A DNA stretch of 57,675 bases from Acidobacteriota bacterium (GTDB taxonomy: Bacteria; Acidobacteriota; Vicinamibacteria; Vicinamibacterales; UBA2999), in contig JACQTK010000024.1 in the NCBI GenBank assembly GCA_016210845.1, forward strand, positions 1-57,675, in the 5' to 3' direction. The notes beneath the pieces are model-generated. The model made no database searches, was not told where the DNA came from, and was given only the letters and a program-made list of their open reading frames with translations. Positions within the stretch are counted from its first letter, which is position 1; each line of letters opens with the position of its first letter. The translations under genes were made by a program, and so were the position numbers. Shown one piece after another: positions 19,639 to 27,266 of the stretch.

Positions 19639-19702
19639 TACCCCCGGTGGCACCCCCTGGCTGGTTGGCCAGTATTTGGGTGGCGCGCTTCGCGCGCCTG
19701 GG
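19615..19702 (-). mobile_element. Composite element, copy 3 (inverted, partial: hairpin B + core)
   Basis: AACCAGCCAAGGGG..CCCCCTGGCTGGTTGGCCAGTAT..TGGCGCGCTTCGCGCGCCTGGG. Confidence 0.65.
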
Positions 19703-19708
19703 CACACG

Positions 19709-20395
19709 ATGAACATCACGGAGTTCGAGCAGGCGATCCTGAATCAGCAGTCGGTGGAATCCGGGCACTACGACACCGAGTACTGGACCGGCGACTGGCG
19801 GGCGGACGGCAACAACTACAACCTCGAGACCAGGAGGCGGATCGAGGCCAGGAACCCGGCGCTCATCAAGAACGTCTTCCACCCACGGCGTGCGCTGGAT
19901 CTCGGCTGTGGGCCAGGGGCGCTGATGCATCTGCTGTGGGAGCTGGGCGTCGTCGCCGACGGCATCGACTTCGCCGAGTCCAGCGTACGCCTGGCCACTC
20001 CAGAGGTCCGCGACCGTATCACCGTGGGACAGGTCACGGATCCGACGCTCAAGCCGGCCGGTGCCTACGACCTGGTCATCTGCCGCGAGGTGCTGGAGCA
20101 CCTCACGGTGCTCCAGGTGCGGCAGGCGGTGGCCAACATGGTGCGGATGACGTCGAGGTTCATCTACGTGACGACGCGCTTCCACCCGCGGCCGGCGAGC
20201 CTGCTCGACTTCACGACCCAGTTCGACGTGGATCCGACGCACATCACGCTGCTCAACAAGGACCTTCTGCGGCTGATGTTCGTCCTCGACGGCTGCCGAT
20301 CGCGGCCGGACCTGGAGGCCCAAATGGACTGGGGCCACAAGGGGCGTGTGCTGGTGCTGGAAAAGCTTTCAGCCCAGCCAAGGGCTCGCCGTTGA
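19709..20395 (+). CDS. Class I SAM-dependent methyltransferase
   Basis: LDLGCGPG, EVLEHL, DPTHI. Confidence 0.85.
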   Translation: MNITEFEQAILNQQSVESGHYDTEYWTGDWRADGNNYNLETRRRIEARNPALIKNVFHPRRALDLGCGPGALMHLLWELGVVADGIDFAESSVRLATPEVRDRITVGQVTDPTLKPAGAYDLVICREVLEHLTVLQVRQAVANMVRMTSRFIYVTTRFHPRPASLLDFTTQFDVDPTHITLLNKDLLRLMFVLDGCRSRPDLEAQMDWGHKGRVLVLEKLSAQPRARR

Positions 20396-20584
20396 TATCC
20401 GTGCGTGCGGAACCTCGCCCTTGGACCGCTATGCGGCCCCCAACGGGAATCCCGTATCCGCTGCCGCTCCGCATAGCGGTCCTCTAGGCGCGCGGCGCGC
20501 GCCAAGTAGATACTGGCAACCAGCCAAGGGCTCGATGTCATGAACATGAACAAGAACACATCAGGGGCGAGCCCTTGGCTGGTT
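20374..20584 (+). mobile_element. Composite element, copy 4 (complete at 20423-20584, preceded by an interrupted hairpin B)
   Basis: CCAGCCAAGGGCTCG..GCCCTT, then GGACCGCTATGCGG..CCGCATAGCGGTCC, core, CAACCAGCCAAGGGCTCG..CGAGCCCTTGGCTGGTT. Confidence 0.75.
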
Positions 20585-21691
20585 CCTTCCATCGACCTCC
20601 AGGCGCAGTACCGCAGCCTCAAGCCCGAGATCGACGCGGCCGTTGCGCGCGTGATCGAGGGGGGGGTGTACGTGCTCGGCCCCTTCGTCGAGCAGTTCGA
20701 GGCCGACCTTGCCCGATACTGCGGCGTCCGGCACGCAGTCGCGACCAATTCCGGGACCAGCGCGCTGCACCTCTCGCTGCTGGCCGCTGGCGTCGGCGCG
20801 GGGGACGAGGTCATCACGGTGCCGTTCACGTTCGTCGCCACCGTGTCCGCCGTGCTCTACGTCGGCGCGCGGCCGGTGTTCGTGGACATCGAGCCCGACT
20901 ATCACTGTCTGGACGTGACGAAGGTCGAGGCGGCCCTCACCCCGCGGACGCGTGCGATTGTGCCGGTGCATCTGTATGGGCAGACAATCGACATGGAGCC
21001 GCTGCTCGAGATCGCACGCCGCCATCGGCTGGTCGTGATCGAGGACGCCTGCCAGGCGCACGGCGCCGAGGATCGCGGTCGGCGTGCGGGATCGATGGGC
21101 GACATCGGGTGCTTCAGCTTCTACCCCGCCAAGAATCTGGGCGCGTTCGGAGAGGGCGGCGCGGCCGTCACCGACAATCCGCAGTGCGCCGAGACGATGA
21201 GGCTGCTGCGAAGCTGGGGAGAGAAGACGCGGTACGAGCATACGCTCAAGGGGTTCAACTATCGGATGGACGCCATCCAGGGTGCCGTCCTCGGGGTGAA
21301 GTTGAGGCACCTGAACGCGTGGACGGACGCCCGCCGCCGACATGCGGCGACGTATCGACGGCTGCTGGCGGATACGCCTGCGCGTGCCCCGATGGAGCGG
21401 CCAGGATCGCGCCACGTGTACACCGTGTACGCCGTGCGGCTCGCGCAGCGCGACGTGTGGCGCGCGCGCCTCCGCGAGGCGCAGATCGAGACGGGCGTCC
21501 ACTATCCGATTCCGGTCCACCTTCAGCCTGCGTATCGCGACCTCGGCTATGCCGAGGGCGACTTTCCGGTGTCCGAGGCGGCGGCGCGCGAGGTGCTGTC
21601 GCTCCCGCTGTTCCCGGAGATGACCGACGGGCAGATCGAGGAGGTGGCCCGGGCGCTCCAGATTCCCGTGGCCGCGAAGGCGGACGCGTAA
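20540..21691 (+). CDS. DegT/DnrJ/EryC1/StrS PLP-dependent sugar aminotransferase
   Basis: IDLQAQY, NSGTSAL, VPVHLYGQ, EDACQAHG, SFYPAKNLG, GFNYRM. Confidence 0.92.
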   Translation: MNMNKNTSGASPWLVPSIDLQAQYRSLKPEIDAAVARVIEGGVYVLGPFVEQFEADLARYCGVRHAVATNSGTSALHLSLLAAGVGAGDEVITVPFTFVATVSAVLYVGARPVFVDIEPDYHCLDVTKVEAALTPRTRAIVPVHLYGQTIDMEPLLEIARRHRLVVIEDACQAHGAEDRGRRAGSMGDIGCFSFYPAKNLGAFGEGGAAVTDNPQCAETMRLLRSWGEKTRYEHTLKGFNYRMDAIQGAVLGVKLRHLNAWTDARRRHAATYRRLLADTPARAPMERPGSRHVYTVYAVRLAQRDVWRARLREAQIETGVHYPIPVHLQPAYRDLGYAEGDFPVSEAAAREVLSLPLFPEMTDGQIEEVARALQIPVAAKADA

Positions 21692-21736
21692 GTTCTTCGC
21701 CAATCGAGAGATAGCCAGTCGCCCGGCGACGTGCGA

Positions 21737-21742
21737 TAGAAT
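21737..21742 (+). promoter_or_regulatory. Candidate sigma70 -10 box (TAGAAT), internal promoter
   Basis: Rare AT-rich hexamer in an intergenic gap upstream of a GAGG RBS and ATG 21770. Confidence 0.35.
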
Positions 21743-21769
21743 GGCGGCTTCCCTTATGTCCGAGGCCTG

Positions 21770-22693
21770 ATGATCGACTGCATCGCGGGATATCACCTCA
21801 ACCCGTGGACCTGTGGCATCGCCAAATTCAACGGCATCCTCGCGCAGCACCTGGACGTGCCCGTGGTCAGGTTCGGATCCGACGCGCAACGGTCGTACCG
21901 GCATCCGCTGCTGTCGATCAAGGTCGTGGAGTTCGCGCCTGAGGACGCGCGGGCGCTCGATGACTGGGTCGTCGATCACCGGGGGCAGTTCGATCTCTTC
22001 CTGCACGGGTACGACGGCGCCGATATCGAGCGGCGGGCGATTGCCGCGGCGGGGCGCGTCTACGGCGTCAACCGTGAGATCGCCCAGGCCGTAGCGCCGT
22101 CGCGCCCCGACCTCGTCGAGGTCTTCTGCCCGGGAATGCTCGTCAACCCGCAGCGCGTCCACCGGACGGAGCTGTCCGTGTTCACCTTCGGCATGGCGCA
22201 CAAGATTCGCGTGCCGCTCTATCGCCGCTTGCGGGACCTGCTCGAGGCGACGGGCAAGAGCTATTCGGTGTTCGTCTCGACCGCCCTGCACGAGAATACG
22301 AGCTTCGACGACTCGTTCGTCGTCCGGTTCGAGGAGCTGCAGGGGATCTTCAACGGTCAGGTGTACTTCATGGGCTACCTGTCGGACACAGCCGTCTTCA
22401 ACCACCTGGTCGAGTGCACGTTTCTCGCGGCGTTCTTCGAGAAGGGGCTGCGGGCGAACAACACCACGGTCAACGCCGCCATGGAGTGCGGCTGCGCGGT
22501 GATCACGAACCTCGACGCGCACTCGCCCGCGGGTCTCGTGCACATGAAGAACGTGATCGACATCAACGCCTGCGACCGCCTGCCCGACCTCGAGCAGGCC
22601 GGCCGGATCGGGCGCGCGGCGCGAGAGCTGGCGCGCGCCGAGTACGGCTGGGATCAGCTGGTGGCGCAGCTGCGGTCCGTCGTACGGACATAG
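21770..22693 (+). CDS. Hypothetical protein, possibly divergent GT-B glycosyltransferase
   Basis: Strong coding bias; N-terminal CGIAKFN and C-terminal AAMECGCAVIT..YGWD resemble GT4 features. Confidence 0.55.
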   Translation: MIDCIAGYHLNPWTCGIAKFNGILAQHLDVPVVRFGSDAQRSYRHPLLSIKVVEFAPEDARALDDWVVDHRGQFDLFLHGYDGADIERRAIAAAGRVYGVNREIAQAVAPSRPDLVEVFCPGMLVNPQRVHRTELSVFTFGMAHKIRVPLYRRLRDLLEATGKSYSVFVSTALHENTSFDDSFVVRFEELQGIFNGQVYFMGYLSDTAVFNHLVECTFLAAFFEKGLRANNTTVNAAMECGCAVITNLDAHSPAGLVHMKNVIDINACDRLPDLEQAGRIGRAARELARAEYGWDQLVAQLRSVVRT

Positions 22694-22695
22694 GA

Positions 22696-22856
22696 GTCGC
22701 GCAGGGCTGGAGCTGTCGCGCAGGGCTGGAGCTGTCGCGCAGGCTAAAGCTGTCGCGCAGGCTAAAGCTGTCGCGCAGGCTAAAGCCTGCGCTCTACAGG
22801 GGGACGGGGACATGGACACCTTCACCTGTAGAGCGGGGGCTTCAGCCCCCGCGATC
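22696..22856. repeat. GTAG-type REP doublet preceded by four 18-19 bp tandem partial copies
   Basis: GTCGCGCAGGGCTGGAGCT x2, GTCGCGCAGGCTAAAGCT x2, ..GCCTGCGCTCTAC; GTAGAGCGGGGGCTTCAGCCCCCGCGATC. Confidence 0.8.
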
Positions 22857-22858
22857 GG

Positions 22859-23950
22859 ATGGGAGAGATCGAATTGGCAGCGACATTGACCATCGGCAAT
22901 CGCGAGATCGGCGATCACTCGCCGTGCTACGTCATCGCGGAAATCGGCCACAACCATCAGGGGAGCCTCGAGAAGGCGCGCGAGCTGTTCCGCGAGGCCA
23001 AGCTGGCCGGCGCGCACGCCGTCAAGCTGCAGAAGCGCGACAACAAGGGGTTGTACACGGGCGCCGCGTACCACAGGCCGTACGACAACGAGAACAGCTT
23101 CGGGGCCACCTACGGCGAGCACCGCGAGTTCCTCGAATTCGGCCTCTCGGAGTACCGTGCGCTGCAGGCGTACGCGCGTGAGCTGGGCGTGGACTTCTTT
23201 TCCACCGCCTTTGACCTCGCGAGCGCCGATTTCCTCGAGGCGCTCGATGTCCCCGCCTACAAGATCGCGTCGGGGGACCTGAAGAGCACGCCGCTGCTGA
23301 GGCACGTCGCCGGGTTCGGCAAGCCCATGATTCTCTCGACCGGCGGCGCCCTGCTCGACGACGTGCGGCGCGCGTACGACGCGGTGATGCCGATCAACCC
23401 GCGGCTGGCCATCCTGCAGTGCACGGCCGGCTATCCCGCGGCCTTCGAGGAGCTGGACCTCCGGGTGATCGCCACGTACCGGGAGCAGTTCCCCGACGCC
23501 GTCATCGGCTTTTCGAGCCACGACAACGGCATCGCCATGCCCCTGGCCGCCTACATGCTGGGCGCGCGGATCGTAGAGAAGCACTTCACGCTCAACCGCG
23601 CCATGAAGGGGACGGATCACGCCTTCTCGCTCGAGCCGCTGGGCCTGCGCAAGATGGTCCGCGACCTGGAGCGCACCTACAAAGCGCTCGGCGACGGCGT
23701 GAAGAAGGTGTACGAGAGCGAGAAGGCGCCGATCGTCAAGATGGGAAAGAGCCTCGTCATCGTGCGGGATCTGCCCGCGGGTCACGTGCTCGGCCCGGGC
23801 GACGTCGTCATGAAGTCGCCCGGCGGCGGCCTCCCCCCGTACGAGCTCGAGCGCGTGCTCGGGCGGGTCACGCTCCGGGAGCTCTACGAGGACGATTTCC
23901 TCTCGTACGACGTGCTCGCAGAGCCGAAAGCGGAATTCGCCCGTTCGTGA
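22859..23950 (+). CDS. neuB: N-acetylneuraminate synthase family protein (NeuB-like 2, KLQKR type) with SAF domain
   Basis: VIAEIGHNHQG, AVKLQKR, KIASGD, GFSSH, EKHFTL, GTDH, KSPGGG. Confidence 0.9.
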   Translation: MGEIELAATLTIGNREIGDHSPCYVIAEIGHNHQGSLEKARELFREAKLAGAHAVKLQKRDNKGLYTGAAYHRPYDNENSFGATYGEHREFLEFGLSEYRALQAYARELGVDFFSTAFDLASADFLEALDVPAYKIASGDLKSTPLLRHVAGFGKPMILSTGGALLDDVRRAYDAVMPINPRLAILQCTAGYPAAFEELDLRVIATYREQFPDAVIGFSSHDNGIAMPLAAYMLGARIVEKHFTLNRAMKGTDHAFSLEPLGLRKMVRDLERTYKALGDGVKKVYESEKAPIVKMGKSLVIVRDLPAGHVLGPGDVVMKSPGGGLPPYELERVLGRVTLRELYEDDFLSYDVLAEPKAEFARS

Positions 23951-23956
23951 GCGCCG

Positions 23957-24130
23957 GGACCGCTATACGGCTCGTTGCGAGGATTCTGGGCTCGTTGTCA
24001 CGCGTGATTGACTGTCGTATAGCCGTCCCAGGCGCGCGGAGCGCGCCAAGAGAGACTGGAAACCAGCCTGGGGCTCCATCATGAGCGTAGGGCATTCGCG
24101 TGTTCTCGCCAGCGGAGCTGAGGGCTGGTT
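23957..24130 (+). mobile_element. Composite element, copy 5 (degenerate, overlaps SDR start)
   Basis: GGACCGCTATACGG..TCGTATAGCCGTCC-CAGGCGCGCGGAGCGCGCCAAG..AACCAGCCTGGGGCTCC..GGAGCTGAGGGCTGGTT. Confidence 0.7.
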
Positions 24131-24926
24131 CCGCCTCGATGATCACGTGGCCCTCGTCACGGGGGCCTGCGGCACGCTCGGGCCGATATGGGTGGAAGCC
24201 CTGCTCGAGGCGGGCGCGCGCGTGGCGGCCCTGGAGTTGCCAGGCGCGCCGGCATCCGCTGGATACAAGGCGCTGGAGAGCCGCTGCCGCGATCGGCTCC
24301 GCCGCTTCGACTGCGACATCACGAACCGCGACTCCATCGAGACGGCCGCCGCGGCTCTCGTGCGCGAGATCGGAGAGCCTGCCGTGCTCGTCAACAACGC
24401 AGGAGTCGATCAGCCGCCCGACGCGGGCGGCGCGCGGTCCCCGATCGAGGCGCTGCCCATCGAGCAGTTTCGCCGCATGGTGGAAGTCAACCTGCTCGGC
24501 ACGTTTCAGGTGACCCAGGTCATCGGTGGCGGCATGGCGGCCCGTGGCAGCGGCTCGATCGTCAACATCGGGTCGCTGTACGCGGCGGTGTCTCCCGATC
24601 AGCGGCTGTACGATCACATGCCTGGAGACGTGCCGTTCCTGAAGTCGCCCGCCTACGGCGCCTCGAAGGCGGCGGTGGTGAACATGACCAAGTACTTCGC
24701 CGCGCTCTGGGGATCGTGCGGCGTGCGCGTCAACGCGCTGTCGCCAGGCGGCGTGCAGGGCGCGCAGGACGACCAGTTCAAAGCCAAGTACGGCGCGCGC
24801 GTGCCTCTGGGCCGGATGGCCCAGGCCGAGGATTTGAAAGGCCCCCTGGTGTTTCTCGCCTCCCGTGCCTCCTCCTACGTCACGGGGCACGAGCTGCGCG
24901 TGGACGGCGGCTTCACGGCCTGGTAA
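24081..24926 (+). CDS. SDR oxidoreductase (PtmA-like)
   Basis: VTGACGTLG, NNAG, YGASK, VRVNALSPGG, SSYVTG..VDGG. Confidence 0.85.
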   Translation: MSVGHSRVLASGAEGWFRLDDHVALVTGACGTLGPIWVEALLEAGARVAALELPGAPASAGYKALESRCRDRLRRFDCDITNRDSIETAAAALVREIGEPAVLVNNAGVDQPPDAGGARSPIEALPIEQFRRMVEVNLLGTFQVTQVIGGGMAARGSGSIVNIGSLYAAVSPDQRLYDHMPGDVPFLKSPAYGASKAAVVNMTKYFAALWGSCGVRVNALSPGGVQGAQDDQFKAKYGARVPLGRMAQAEDLKGPLVFLASRASSYVTGHELRVDGGFTAW

Positions 24927-24933
24927 TGGGCGC

Positions 24934-26439
24934 ATGAGTGTCTCGACCGCGGCGCAGCCCGGGCGCGTCGACCTGACGACGATTCCGTCGCCCGTGCCCA
25001 ATCAGATCGACGGGCAGGACGTGCGGGCCGCCGACGGCCGCACGTTCGCGAAGGTCGATCCCGCCACCGGCCGCGTCATCTGTCAGGTGCCCCGCTCGAG
25101 CGCGGCCGACGTCCAGCGCGCTGTCGACGCCGCGAAGCGGGCCCAGCCGGCCTGGGCCGCCACGACGGTCGTGAAGCGTGGCGACATCCTTCGCCAGATT
25201 GCCCTCCTGATGCGCGAGCATCGCGCGGCCATCGCCGAGCTCGTGTCGAAGGAAACCGGCAAGTCGAAGAAGGACGCGCTCGGCGAGACCGACGCCGCCA
25301 TCGAAATGGGGTTCTTCGTCGCGGGCGAGGGGCGCCGCTTCTACGGCCAGACGACGACGAGCGCCGTGCCGAACAAGTCGGCGATGGTGATGCGTCAGCC
25401 GCTCGGCGTGGCGGGACTCATCATCGCGGCCAACACCCCGATCGCCAACGTCGCCTGGAAGGCGTTTCCGGCCCTGCTGTGCGGCAACGCGGCCGTCATG
25501 AAGGCGGCCGAGGACACGCCGCTTTCCGCGTGGGCCTTTGGCGTCCTTGCGCGCGAGGCTGGCGTGCCCGACGGCGTCTATGCCACCGTGCACGGCTACG
25601 GCGAGGAGGCGGGTGCGCCCCTCGTCGAGCATCCGGACGTTGCCGTGGTGAGCTTCACCGGCTCCTGCGAGGTGGGCCGCTGGATCGCCCAGACGGCCGG
25701 CCGCCGCCTCGCGAAGGTGTGCCTCGAGCTGGGCGGCAAGAATCCGTTGATCGTCTGCGATGACGCCGACCTGCAGAACGCCGTGGCGTGGGCGCTGGGG
25801 TCTGCCTTCAGCAACGCGGGACAGCGGTGCGCCGCTGGCAGCCGCATCATCGTGTTCGACGCGGTGTACGACCGCTTCAAGCAGATGCTGGTCGAGGCGA
25901 CCGGACGCGTGAAAGTGGGCACCGGCGACACGGATGACTACGGTCCGGTCATCAACGAAGAGCAGATGACGAACATGCTGGCGGCGGTCGAGCGCGCCAG
26001 GGCAGCGGGCGCCGTGGTGGTGACGGGCGGCCACCGGCTGACGGGCGGAGCGTACGGCGACGGGTACTTCGTGGCCCCGACGATCGTGGAGCATGTCGGG
26101 CCACACGACGAGATCTCGCGGAGCGAGCTGTTCGGGCCGATCACGTGCCTCTATCGCGTGCAGGGATTCGAGGAGGCGATCGCGCTGGCCAACGACTCGC
26201 CCTTCGGCCTGACCGCCGCCCTTCACACGCAGAACCTCGACCGGGCGATGACGTTCGTCGGACGCATTCAGGCAGGTGTGGCCGTGGTCAACGGCGGCAC
26301 CTACGGCAGCGAGCCGCACATGCCGTTCGGCGGCCTGCGGCAGTCGGGCAACGGCTGGCGCGAGGCTGGCACGCAGGCCTTGGACGTCTATTCCGACCTG
26401 AAGACCGTGTACATCAATCACAACCCCGGTCGGGCGTAA
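24934..26439 (+). CDS. Aldehyde dehydrogenase
   Basis: FTGS, LELGGKNP, GQRC, ELFGP, PFGG. Confidence 0.92.
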   Translation: MSVSTAAQPGRVDLTTIPSPVPNQIDGQDVRAADGRTFAKVDPATGRVICQVPRSSAADVQRAVDAAKRAQPAWAATTVVKRGDILRQIALLMREHRAAIAELVSKETGKSKKDALGETDAAIEMGFFVAGEGRRFYGQTTTSAVPNKSAMVMRQPLGVAGLIIAANTPIANVAWKAFPALLCGNAAVMKAAEDTPLSAWAFGVLAREAGVPDGVYATVHGYGEEAGAPLVEHPDVAVVSFTGSCEVGRWIAQTAGRRLAKVCLELGGKNPLIVCDDADLQNAVAWALGSAFSNAGQRCAAGSRIIVFDAVYDRFKQMLVEATGRVKVGTGDTDDYGPVINEEQMTNMLAAVERARAAGAVVVTGGHRLTGGAYGDGYFVAPTIVEHVGPHDEISRSELFGPITCLYRVQGFEEAIALANDSPFGLTAALHTQNLDRAMTFVGRIQAGVAVVNGGTYGSEPHMPFGGLRQSGNGWREAGTQALDVYSDLKTVYINHNPGRA

Positions 26440-27266
26440 TGCCATCCGTCGTTGCCTTGATCCCCGCCCGCTACGGGTCGAAACGCGTGCCGGGGAAGAA
26501 CGTTCGTGTGCTGCAAGGCCATCCGGTGCTGGCGTACACGATTGCGCCAGCGCTCGAGAGCGGCGTGTTCGGGTCGGTGATCGTCTCGACCGATTCAGAG
26601 GAGATCGCGGCCGTGGCCAGGCACTACGGGGCCGAGGTGCCGTTCCTGCGGCCGGCTGCATTCGCCGGCGACACGTCGCCGGACATCGAATGGCTGGAGT
26701 ACGCGCTGGCCGAGCTGCGGCGGCGCGGCCGATCGTGGGACTGCTTCAGCCTGCTCCGGCCCACGAGCCCCTTCCGGACCTCCGACACGATCAGGCGTGC
26801 GTGGGCCAGGTTCACCGCGCAGGAGGGCGTCGACTCGCTGCGCGCCGTGGAGAAGTGCGCCCAGCACCCGGGCAAGATGTGGATCGTGCGCGGCGATCGG
26901 ATGGTCCCCTTGCTGCCCTTCGGGCTGGCCTCGCCGAAGCCGCAGGGCGGCGAAGGCGGGGAGGGGCAGCCCTGGCACAGCACGCCGTATCAGGCGCTGC
27001 CGCCCGTCTACGTGCAGAACGCGTCGCTCGAAATGGCGTGGACGCGCGTGGTCGTCGAGCGCCGCACGATCGCGGGCGATGTCCTCGTGCCGTTCCTGAC
27101 GGAGGGGTACGAGGGCTTCGACATCAACGACGCGTACGACTGGATGATCGCGGAGCGGCTGCTGGCGGACGGTCTGGCCACACTGCCTCCCGTGCCCCAG
27201 GTCCCGTACGGCGCGGTGCGCGTGAATCACGTGTCGCAACCAGGGTCAGGAATCTTGAATGGGTGA
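26439..27266 (+). CDS. neuA: Acylneuraminate cytidylyltransferase (CMP-ulosonate synthetase)
   Basis: IPARYGSKRVPGKN, VSTDS, VPFLRP, RPTSPFR, DIND; TAATG overlap. Confidence 0.88.
   Translation: MPSVVALIPARYGSKRVPGKNVRVLQGHPVLAYTIAPALESGVFGSVIVSTDSEEIAAVARHYGAEVPFLRPAAFAGDTSPDIEWLEYALAELRRRGRSWDCFSLLRPTSPFRTSDTIRRAWARFTAQEGVDSLRAVEKCAQHPGKMWIVRGDRMVPLLPFGLASPKPQGGEGGEGQPWHSTPYQALPPVYVQNASLEMAWTRVVVERRTIAGDVLVPFLTEGYEGFDINDAYDWMIAERLLADGLATLPPVPQVPYGAVRVNHVSQPGSGILNG

Noticed and set aside
22696-22797. Tandem 18-19 bp repeats as a CRISPR array
   Set aside because: Units are contiguous with no unique spacers and derive from the adjacent REP; no cas genes
20561-23785. Very long antisense and alternate-frame ORFs (e.g. 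1074 aa here, 868 aa at 10065-12671)
   Set aside because: Shadow ORFs expected from high-GC codon bias opposite real genes; no recognisable motifs
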